DNA from: Camelus dromedarius
Taxonomy: Eukaryota
Direction of reading: 5' to 3'
DNA length: 64,000 bases
NCBI RefSeq assembly: GCF_036321535.1
Contig: NC_087451.1
Coordinates: 52,080,001 to 52,144,000 of the forward strand
The position numbers were made by a program, and so were the translations under genes. Below, one piece after another: positions 54,301 to 64,000 of this stretch (its first letter is position 1; every line of letters starts with the position of its first letter). The notes beneath the pieces are model-generated. The model was not told the DNA's origin. It worked only from the letters and a program-made list of their open reading frames with translations, and did no database searches.

Positions 54301-57300
54301 ATCACTTCACTCTTGCCCCTGGCATCCTTCCCCAGTGTCTCCCCTCCCCCAGGTGGCTGTGCAACGCGTCCATAGACACCCGGACCCGGCGATGGGCAGT
54401 GGAGGGCCTGGCCTACCTCACGCTGGACGCTGATGTGAAGGATGATTTTGTTCAGGACATCCCTGCCCTGCAGGCCATGTTTGAGCTGGCCAAGGCAAGT
54501 GTGGCCCTGACCTCTGGCCTCAGGGTTGGTTGGATTTGGACTCACACAGCCTCCCCTGAGCCTGAGAAATTGGATCTCTGTGTCCTCATTCTGACTCTAC
54601 CCTTTACTCTTCATGTAAACCAGGGTGGGTCATTTCTCTTTTCTGATCTCATCTTTCCTCTTCATGCCTTCCAGGCAGTGGGAGGATGAACAAGAGGTTG
54701 GTTTTTTTTTTTCCTGGGACTCCTGGGACTGAGGTCTTGAAGGACTGAGAGGTGGTACCTAGCATCTTCTGGGCCCGCCCCTCCTTATAAGTCCCTCCCA
54801 GACTCCTTTCCTCCTCTGCTGGACCAACCCTCTGGCTCTTTTTCATCACTAAAGGGCGGAAGTATGGGAGGGAGTTTCCAGCAGAAGGAGTCTAGCCCCC
54901 ACCGCATCCCACCCCAGTCTGATGGAAAGCTTTTGAAAGGGGCACAAAGCAAAGAGGGCACTCAGAGGACTCCCATTTATGCTCTCAAGGGTGTTGTTGA
55001 TGGGGCAGGAGAAATTGCTGCCCACCTTATGCGAGCAGAGACAAGAGCCAAGAGAGGAAGCTTCTTGGAAGCAGCGGTTTGTTCTCAGGTTCCTTCTGTG
55101 CCTGTCCCCTCTTCTCCCCTACCTCCTGCCTCCAGACCCCTGATAAGACCATCCTGTACTCGGTGGCCACCACCCTGGTGAACTGCACCAACAGCTACGA
55201 TGTCAAGGAGGTCATCCCTGAGCTGGTGCAGCTCGCCAAGTTCTCCAAGCAGCACGTGCCTGAGGAGCATCCCAAGGTGGGGATGGGGGTGGCTGGGAGG
55301 GGGCCTATACCACCAGACCGTCAGAGAGGTTTGAAGGAAAGTTAGTGATGTTCAGGTGCTGTGCAGTCTGTGTCTGGGAGATTTGGTGGAAGATACAGAT
55401 ACATTGAAGAGGATCATGGTCAGTTTCTCCCACTAGGTGGCACTCTGTTTTTTCTTAGTTTTAATATTCTGTGGAGGGGGAGGGGGAAGGGGAATCAGTA
55501 ATTTGTAGTCTGAGAGACCAAATGGAGCCATGATGAACGTTTTGCAATTTATGCTGTTGATTTCATGGACATCAGACAGTTGTATTTCACGTTTTCCACA
55601 TTTATAAAAATTTCATTTTCTGGGATATCCAGGTTTGGGGCTATGGGTACGAATGATGAGAAGAGGAAGGCTATGGTTAAGCAGCAGCCCAGATGTCACA
55701 AATCCCCTTGCAGCCCTCCCCACAATGATTCCCTGCACACAAAGTTATATTTTGTGTGTGGTTTGCATGTGAATATATGTGCATCACACTTCTAGCCAGT
55801 AAAGCAGTTAGTTTTTTTAAATGATCAAAATCATATAATCATGATGCAAAACAAACAAAAAGGGGGACAGTTAGGGAAAGAAAATGGCTGCCTGCAATTA
55901 CATCATCTCCCCACTGACCACTGTCAGCCTTTTTGTTTATCACCCCCCAGAAGCTCTTTTGTTCTGTGCATTTTTTCCTTTTAATAGTTATAATCAGAAT
56001 GTGGTCATCATTTTGTACCCAATTTGGGAAAAATACTCCAGGGGTTTTCCCCCTTGCTATATCATTCTCTAAACCAGTTTATAAAGCTGCATGGTTTTTC
56101 ATGCAAGCGAGTGTGTATAGCATGTTCTGCTGCCGTGAAGTTCAAACTTGGCTTCTAGAGATTTCCCACAAGCTCTCTAGCTACTCTAAGGATTATCTAT
56201 ATGGAGTATTTAACTCCAGGGCGGACTCTGGGTTTCCAGCAAAACCCAGTCCACTGTTATGTCAGCTCTGTCTGCTCTCTCTCCCCTCTCACTCCTGCCC
56301 ACCTCCCCTCTCTCCCCTCTGCATGCTCACCCTGATGGAAAGCCAGCCTTCTGCAAGAAAGTCACGTATGGGTCATCTAGTGATCTAGTGTTTTGGATGC
56401 TCCTTCTATTTTACTCCTCTGTGAACGGAGTCTTTGAGATGGATTTCCTTACCATCATTTCATCTCCCCAGGACAAGAAGGACTTTGTAGACATGCGGGT
56501 TAAGCGGCTTTTGAAGGCCGGCGTCATCTCGGCGCTGGCCTGCATGGTGAAAGCAGACAATGCCATCCTCACCGACCAGACCAAAGAGCTGCTGGCCAGG
56601 TGCGGCTGTGGCAGGCCAGGGCTGGGGGCTGAGGCAGGAGGCTGGGCAGGGAGATAGAGATACTGGGGGGGGTGGTAAATGAGGGAATGAGCCACTGGGG
56701 GCCTGGAGAGGAGACTGAAGGAGGTCAGCACTGAGAAGCGACATGGCAGGTGGGCCATCACAGGTGCAAATGCATTGGGAGGAAAGAGGTCACTGTCCAT
56801 TCTGCTCACCTGGTTCCCAGGCCCTGCAGTTCCCGAGATGAAAGGCACGGATGTGCAGCCCGATGTGGAGGCAGACAGGCTCACAGTTACAAAGTGCAGT
56901 GGGTGCCACGAGGAGGGACATACAGAGGGCTGGTTGGAGCACAAGCCGTGGCACCCAACTGGCCAGACTGGAGGGTAGGTGGGTGGGCAGTCTGGAACGC
57001 CTCCTGGAAGATGTGACAACTCAGGGAAACCCTGATGAACAAAAAGGAGCCCCTCAAATGCAGTGGAGGGAAGGGTTCCAGGCAGAGAGAACAGCATATG
57101 CAAAGACACTAAGGATGGAGGGAGAATGAGTGAATGAGGACGGGGTTCTCCTGGAATATGCCTGGAGCACGAAGTCCTGGGGACAGAGGGGTGCTAGATG
57201 AGAACAGAGAGGGAGGCAAGGGCCAGAGCACAGAAGTCCTGGGGCGCCTCCATGTTGAAGAGTTTCTCCTGGGTGGCGGGCAGCAGGAAGCCATTTGTTA

Positions 57301-60300
57301 TGAGCCTGAACAGAAATAGGGCAGCTCTTTGCAGCTGCATCTTGCCTCATGTCCTCCCCAGCCACTTATGTCCATGGCAGTATCTTCCCAAGGTTAGTTC
57401 TGGGGCAAGCGCACAGGGGTAGCACTTCCCAAGGCTTCACTGGGTCTAATCTGTTGGCTCTGAATGTCCTTTATCCTTGTCCTCCAGGGTATTCCTGGCA
57501 CTGTGTGACAACCCAAAGGACCGAGGCACCATCGTGGCTCAAGGTGGTGGCAAGGTAATCGGGCAAGATAAGTTTCTTGCCATTCTAGAAAGTGCTCCAA
57601 TGGGGAAGAGCACATGCGTGTGTGTGTCTGTATGTCTGTGTGTGCACATGCTCCTGGCCTGGCCCAAGAATAATGCACTCCCTACCCCAACCCAACCTCC
57701 TGGAATACGGTCATTCAGGGATCTCTGCTGTCTGTGCCCAAAACCAGCTTCTGCCTGAGTTTATGATGCGGCATGAGATTTACTATGGAATCTCATTTTT
57801 CCTCCTTGCTTTTGGAAGGAATAGAGACCCTGGGCTCCACTAGAGGAGACTTGTCGTCCTGTCCTCATTTGTTCCCTTCTTAGCTGCATAACCTCGGGCA
57901 AATTACTTAATCTCCCTGAGCCATAGTTTCCTCATCTGTAAAACAAGGGAAAAAAATCACACACCCTATACAAAAATAAACTCAAAATGGCTTAAAGACT
58001 TAACTATAAGACAAGATATGATAAACCTCCTAGAAGAAAACATAGGCAAAATATTATCTGACAGAAATCTTAGCAATGTTCTCCTAGGGCAGTCTACCCA
58101 GGCAATAGAAATAAAAGCAAAAACAAAAACAAAACAAAACAAAAAAACCCCAAAACCAAATAGGACCTAATTAAACGTATAAGCTTTTGCACAGCAAAGG
58201 AAACCATAAATAAAACAAAATGACAACCTACGGAATGGGAGAAAATATTTGCAAATGATGAGACTGACAAGGGTTTAATTTCTAGAATACATAAACAGCT
58301 CATACAACTTAATAACCAAAAAACNNNNNNNNNNNNNNNNNNNNNNNNNNNNNNNNNNNNNNNNNNNNNNNNNNNNNNNNNNNNNNNNNNNNNNNNNNNN
58401 NNNNNNNNNNNNNNNNNNNNNNNNNNNNNNNNNNNNNNNNNNNNNNNNNNNNNNNNNNNNNNNNNNNNNNNNNNNNNNNNNNNNNNNNNNNNNNNNNNNN
58501 NNNNNNNNACGATAAATGCTGNNNNNNNNNNNNNNNNNNNNNNNNNNNNNNNNNNNNNNNNNNNNNNNNNNNNNNNNNNNNNNNNNNNNNNNNNNNNNNN
58601 NNNNNNNNNNNNNNNNNNNNNNNNNNNNNNNNNNNNNNNNNNNNNNNNNNNNNNNNNNNNNNNNNNNNNNNNNNNNNAACTCTAATTTTGAAAAGATACA
58701 TGCACACCAAAGTTCATAGCAGCACTTTATACAATAGTCAAGATATGAAAGCAATCTACATATTCATCGACAGATGANNNNNNNNNNNNNNNNNNNNNNN
58801 NNNNNNNNNNNNNNNNNNNNNNNNNNNNNNNNNNNNNNNNNNNNNNNNNNNNNNNNNNNNNNNNNNNNNNNNNNNNNNNNNNNNNNNNNNNNNNNNNNNN
58901 NNNNNNNNNNNNNNNNNNNNNNNNNNTGATGTCTCTCATATGTGGAATCTAAAAAAAAAAAAAAAAAAAAAGAAAAAAGAGGACACTAATGAACCCATCT
59001 ACAAAACAGAAACAGACTCGCAGACATAGTAAACAATCTTATGGTTACCAGGGGAAAGGAGGTGGGAAAGGATAAATTTGAGAGTTTGAGATTTGCAAAT
59101 GTTAACCACTATGTATAAAAATAGATAAAAAACCAAATTTCTTCTGCATAGCACAGGGAACTATATTCAATATCTTGAAATAACCTTTGATGAAAAAGAA
59201 AATGAAAACGAATATATGTATGTATATGCATGACTGCGACACTGTGCTGTGCACCAGAAATTGACACACTGTAACTGACTGTACTTCAAATAAATAAATA
59301 AATAAATAAAATAAAACCAAATGTTTGTGGCAAAAAAAAAAAATCACACACTCACTTTGCAGAATGTCACAAGGATTAGAGAAAATTCACTTAAAGTGTT
59401 GGCTCATGGTAGGCATTCAATAAATGACTGCTGTTTTGATTAGGTTTGACTTAGGCAGAAAGCAAAACATCAGTGTATCGATCTATTTATTTTTCCAAAA
59501 ACCAAACAAACGTATGGATGGGTAGGGGAGAGTGTGAGTGAAGACCTCCACGTGTGCTGGGAACTGGGGGGAGTGAATCTGTGATTAAGAATTTCAGTGT
59601 TTTCTGTGATGCTCAAGAACTGGCTACCTTGCTGAGTCTTCCTGAACTTTGGGTGGAACAGACAGCAGCTGGAGAGGGAGGGCGTGGAGAGAGGCCTCTG
59701 CATGTCTGTGACCGAGGAGTGACTGTGCCCTTTCTTGCAGGCTCTGATTCCTCTGGCTTTGGAGGGCACAGATGTGGGCAAAGTGAAGGCAGCCCACGCC
59801 CTAGCAAAGATCGCAGCGGTCTCCAATCCGGACATCGCCTTCCCTGGGGAGCGGGTGAGCAACTAGGGGGGTGAGAGGGGGTGATGGGAGGAGTCTCCTC
59901 TGCTCCCAGGGACCTTTCCCCTTGTCACCCTACCCCTGGCCTGGGAGGGGGGGCATGGTGCCCTCACGAAGAGGCCAATGAATTGGAGGTGGGTGGATTC
60001 CAGGTCTGGCTCTGCCTGAACTAAAAAGGCTGTCCTCTCGGAAGCTCAGTTCTCTCGTCTGCAAAGTAAAGGAACTAATCCCGCCTCTCAGGAGCACTGT
60101 GAAGGCTGAATCAGACAGTGGGCGGGCAAGTGCTTTGGAAATTCTAGAGCTGGGCAACTATAAAGGACTGGGAGAACACGGTATCCATCCGACCACAACT
60201 TGACCCTCTCCCCCATAGGTTTATGAGGTGGTGCGACCCCTCGTGAGTCTCCTGGACACAGAGAGGGACGGGCTCCAGAACTACGAGGCTCTCCTGGGCC

Positions 60301-63300
60301 TCACCAACCTGTCTGAGCGGAGTGACAAACTCCGGTGAGTGGGATGTGGAGGGGGCAGGGGTGAAGAGAGGCGTCCTTAAATTGAACATGTCATGTGTAC
60401 TGTGCGTGCTTTCCTTGGGGGACAGGATCCAAGGCAGGGGGTAGAAATGACTGTGAGAGGGATCTGAGTTAGCACTTGGAAAACCACATTGAGTGTACAA
60501 AGTCAAAGGAACTATAAAGACACTTCCATCTGCAGTAGTGAAAAAAAGAGAGCAAGTGGATGGGTGGGGATACCACGTATTCCTTCTCGGAAATGGGGGA
60601 TCATGGAGTATATGGAATGTATTGGGTTGAAATTCTTTTGATTGTGAGTGGAGAAAACTTACTCCAACTCCAAACATAAAGGAAAGTTAATGACTCATGT
60701 AAATAAAAAGTCTGGGGTAATCCGGATTCAGGTGCGGCTTGATACAGGGGTGTCAAAGCCGTCCCAGGTCCTATTTCTCTCCACGTCTTCTGTCTGTATT
60801 GTCTTAATTCTCAGATGGGCTTTTCCCCTGTCTCATAATCACAAGGGCTGCCCCAGATCTCACACCTTCTTGGCTTCATACACAACAGGAGAGAGAAAGA
60901 AAGCCATTCCCCAGCAATGATACAAAAAAATCTCCAGCTGGGTGACTTGTTTATCCCAGACTCTGTTGCAATGGCCAAGATGCTGGGCTCTGTCACTGGG
61001 TGCCCCTCTTGGAGGTGGGGGTGGGATTAATGCCACCTAAACCATGTTGGCTAAGGATGTGGGATGGCCCAGGGGTGGCCAAAAACACCAAATGCTCACT
61101 GCAGAAGACTCAGTGGCCTCTCTTCCTCCACCCCTCACACACTAGGCAGAAGATCTTTAAGGAGAAGGCCTTGCCAGACATTGAGAACTACATGTTTGAG
61201 AATCATGACCAGCTGCGGCAGGCGGCCACCGAGTGCATGTGTAACATGGTGGTGAACAAGGAGGTGAGGAGGGCTGAGGATGGGGATGGGGGCTGATCAA
61301 GGCACGGAGAGTTCGGCCACAAGGCAGGGCCTGGCATGAGACTGGGGGCTGTTACAATGGTATTAAGGTAGCGCTTTGCCAGAGAACCCAGGGATCCCTG
61401 AGTCTTTCCTAGATTACAGCACCCCTCCCTGTAGGGACCCCCAGGAGAATATATGCACAAAGGAGACAAAGGAAAACATACAAAATAACATCATCCCCAG
61501 CTGGGGCTTTGACCCCAAAGCTTGGGCTGGATGGGGTCAAAGTGCCATTTCCCCAAGTTACTTCCTAAATAGTCTCATAGGCAGGGCCTCTTACAGATCA
61601 AGAGAAGCTGGACCACTTGCAACTGCTGCAGCTCCACAGGTATAAAAGAATGAAGCAGGGCAAAAACAGTGACAAACAATTTTAGAATATGTTAAACATT
61701 ACCATTTAGTGAATGATCACTGTTTCCATAGAAACTGCAATGCACTAGGATAATGCAATTCACAGGAGAATTACAGGATTTGTAAAAACAAAATGAATTC
61801 AGAACATGTCAGTGGCTTCATGGTCCAGTACTGGGATAAATTATCACCATGCGATGAATGAATGTCTTTCTTTCCATCCTGCTGGAACACTGCTGTGTCT
61901 GTAGGTATTAGTCTCATCAGAGGTAACAATAGGGTGGAAATCTGACGTCCTTTGTTACCATGAGAACCAGGCCAAGTGGCCCTCCTGGGCTCTTACGTAG
62001 GGGTGAGTTTGAGAGCCACTCTGTTGCCCTCAATTCTTTTTAAAATTTTTTTATTACTTTATTACTATTTTTTTAATGGAGGTACTGGGGATTGGACCCA
62101 GGACCTCGTGCATGCTAAGCACACGCTTTGCCACTGAGCTGTACCCCCATCCCACCCTCAGTTCTTCCCTCAAGTCTTGGATCTTCTCCCTGTTATAGGA
62201 GGAAAACCTGATCCATGAAAGCCTGTTAATCAAAAGAAATAAAGCTACCACGGGTCACCAGGGAGCTGGCCTGAGGCTGGGCTGGGGGCCCGGCAGCCAA
62301 GTGGGAGGAGAGAGTGCGTCCAAAGAAAGGGGGAGGGGTGAGCAATGAGAGGGGGAATCGCCTTCCCAAAGGAGCACCAGCTGCCACAACAACCCAAATC
62401 AAAATGCTCAGTGGTCCCAACAGGACAGAAGCTCATTTCTCACTCACATCATTTCTTGCTCACGTTGGGGTTGGAAGGTTCACTTCCAAGCAATGACCTG
62501 GGGATCCAGGCTTCTTTGATCATCAGTAAGTATCACCAGAGCCCTGCGCCACAAAGAACTGTCTACCCCTCTGCCACCTTGGGAGTGGTCTGCGTTCAGA
62601 TGGCGAGTGAGGAGACAGACCACGGCACGGGGGAGACCCCTGTAGCACTCAGCCATGGTGGCCTGGAAGTAACCCCTATCACTTGCCTTCCATGAGGAAA
62701 ACTAGTTCATGGCCGCATTTGGTCCCCGGGCCCTGGGAGGCTCTTCTCCTGGCTTTCAGGTTCTTGGGAAGCCGCATCCCTCACCTGGTGAATGGTACAG
62801 CAGCTCTTGAGTACCACATAAACTACACAACTGTCCCTTGCTCTGCCAAGCCTCTGTGCCTCAGGGACTGCAGAGTCATTTTATGGCAGACCCTGAACGC
62901 CTATCTGTGGTGGGAGAAAAAGTCTGGGCTTCCCCAAAGAGAAGAGAAACACGGCTCCTCAGGAACATCTCCCCTTCAAGAGTCTGGGCTTGCCCTTTCC
63001 CGAGGGGTGGAGAGTTGAATGCAAAAAGAAGTGATGGAGGATGCTATGTGGGGAATCCCTTATTCTCTTTAACCTTTTAGCTGGAGGAGTTGGTTGCCCC
63101 TTCAGCTAATCAGAGAAGACTTCCTGGAGGAGGTGTCATGGGCGAGCCGCTCAAAGGAAAACTCTGAGGGATCTTGGGTCAGACACTGTGGCTCAGGATG
63201 CATCTTTCCCTCTCCAGGCTGGGCAGGTGGGGGCATTTTTCTCTGAGCCATCTGCCTGCCTCCCCTAGGTACAAGAGAGGTTCCTGGCTGATGGGAATGA

Positions 63301-63424
63301 CCGGCTGAAGCTGGTGGTGCTGCTTTGTGGGGAGGATGATGACAAGGTGCAGAATGCAGCTGCAGGGGCCCTGGCCATGCTGACAGCAGCACATAAGAAA
63401 CTGTGCCTCAAGATGACTCAAGTG
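42368..63424 (+). CDS. UNC45B: Protein unc-45 homolog B (UNC45B), striated-muscle myosin chaperone (TPR + central + UCS); 3'-partial, 843 codons in the window
   Basis: Exons: 42368-42535, 43080-43116, 44285-44460, 45761-45850, 47942-48109, 48712-48880, 51594-51764, 52375-52546, 52871-53171, 54109-54203, 54353-54494 (GC donor), 55136-55276, 56472-56599, 57488-57554, 59741-59854, 60219-60334, 61146-61263, 63269-63424. Total 2529 nt, open frame. TPR start [18 protein letters not shown]; [14 protein letters not shown]. The final exon is outside the window. Confidence 0.97.
43690..44120 (+). mobile_element. L3/CR1 LINE ORF2 C-terminal remnant
   Basis: Peptide [16 protein letters not shown] is a CR1-type ORF2 end motif. 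Confidence 0.7.
45871..45889 (+). promoter_or_regulatory. CTCF-like motif in a CpG-rich patch at the UNC45B exon 5/intron 5 junction
   Basis: TGGTCAGCAGAGGGCGCTC (core 13/14), 20 nt after the exon 5 donor; GC box and ETS-like motifs follow to ~46020. Confidence 0.6.
46798..46908 (-). mobile_element. MER2/Tigger-type MITE
   Basis: Ends ggatactgaggaatgactg-TA; reverse complement aligns to 10000-10110. Confidence 0.7.
47234..47579 (-). mobile_element. ERV1-type solo LTR, antisense in UNC45B intron 5
   Basis: TG...CA termini; 4-bp TSD cttc (47230-47233, 47580-47583); minus-strand CCAAT boxes (47403-47407, 47459-47463) and AATAAA (47274-47279). Confidence 0.75.
49365..49500 (+). mobile_element. 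L1 (L1MB-type) 3' end following a 355-N gap
   Basis: 'gtgatggttatgcaacaacgtgagtgtacttaatgcc...tacaattaaaaaaag'. Confidence 0.7.
52573..52800 (-). mobile_element. MaLR (MLT1-type) LTR remnant
   Basis: 'tgtattagtcatc..gctgtgtaacaagttactccaaaatttag' antisense terminus. Similar remnants at ~60640-60960 and ~62330-62720. Confidence 0.6.
53421..53504 (+). mobile_element. Short-form tRNA-Ala-derived SINE / tRNA retrocopy
   Basis: tRNA-like body only, ending ...CAGTACAACCA; 13-bp TSD aaaaagtcagttt at 53408-53420 and 53505-53517. Confidence 0.85.
55430..55443 (+). promoter_or_regulatory. CTCF-like motif in UNC45B intron 13
   Basis: CCACTAGGTGGCAC, 14/14 to the core consensus. Confidence 0.6.
57965..59336 (+). 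mobile_element. 5'-truncated lineage-specific L1 inserted into a MIR in UNC45B intron 15
   Basis: ORF2 C-terminus and 3' UTR, (AAAT)n tail; TSD aaaaaaatcacacac at 57950-57964 and 59337-59351; the MIR continues across the insertion (~57880-57949 and ~59352-59430); three N gaps inside. Confidence 0.9.
62039..62154 (-). mobile_element. Short-form tRNA-Ala-derived SINE
   Basis: Reverse complement gggggtacagctcagtggcaaagcgtgtgcttagcatgcacgaggtcctgggtccaatccccagtacctcca plus A-rich tail; 12-bp TSD ccctca(a/g)ttctt at 62027-62038 and 62155-62166. Confidence 0.88.
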
Positions 63425-64000
63425 GTGAGAGCGGGCCCTGGGGGCAGGAAGAGGCTGGGCGGGCTCTTAGAGAATCTCCCCACCCCGAGACCTCACTGCC
63501 CTGTACGATCCCCTGGAGGGAGGCCAGCCCCCATGGTAACTCTTCCCAGCCCCTTGGGGATCTGTTCCTACTACCTAAAGAGAGAAGACTTGATACACTT
63601 CTGCCCCTTACGCTCGTTTATTGGACTCCCTAAGTGTGCCAACTCAAATTGCCCACTGCCTTTGGTGGCGCTTATGACTCATTACTTAAGAATAATAACA
63701 ACCACTAACTACTGCTGTGGAGCCCCCAAGCTCCCCCAGAGAAGTGTGGATGTGTTTGGGGTACCACAGGGAGCTCGCAGTTTGGTAAAGTGGCGGCAGA
63801 TTCTCTTAAGTGAATGTGAAGACCAGATCCTTTGGAGGGACTGTGGCCATCTCGGCAGGAGTAATAGAAGTGATGTTGACACAGTCACAAACATGGGGGT
63901 GCAAAATGAAACCTTCCTTGTTTCACCAAACTGAACTTAGTTCGTGGGCATCATTGCCACTGACAGTGAAAAAAATGTAGACATCTCAATTCAAACATAT

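Noticed and set aside
63314-63934. 206-aa ORF at the right end as the UNC45B C-terminus
   Set aside because: Homology stops at the donor 63424/63425; the remainder is intron 19 and the true last exon is beyond the window.

Overview
Mammalian genomic DNA, most likely a camelid (camel/alpaca group), judged from its tRNA-Ala-derived SINE family and artiodactyl-type L1 3' ends. The gene order is the conserved RFFL-RAD51D-FNDC8-NLE1-UNC45B cluster. RFFL (minus strand) contributes only its CpG promoter and non-coding exon 1, identified by synteny. RAD51D (minus, 10 coding exons, 328 aa), FNDC8 (plus, 4 exons, 321 aa) and NLE1 (minus, 13 exons, 485 aa, one exon partly N) are complete. UNC45B (plus) runs from its non-coding exon 1 through exon 19 (843 codons); its last exon lies beyond the window. 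I traced exon boundaries by hand to AG/GT (one GC) sites with consistent phases. The rest is ordinary eutherian repeat content plus eight N gaps. I found no convincing wholly new gene or system. The best leads are regulatory or RNA-level: an inverted SINE pair bracketing an in-frame 921-nt UNC45B exon block (circRNA candidate); a divergent pattern of CTCF-like motifs around the UNC45B promoter; a G-quadruplex in place of a pyrimidine tract at UNC45B exon 7; an overlapping upstream ORF in RAD51D; triple tandem donors at RFFL exon 1; and a GC-AG intron. Comparisons with human sequences are from memory and need database confirmation. Repeat family names come from motif recognition, not RepeatMasker.
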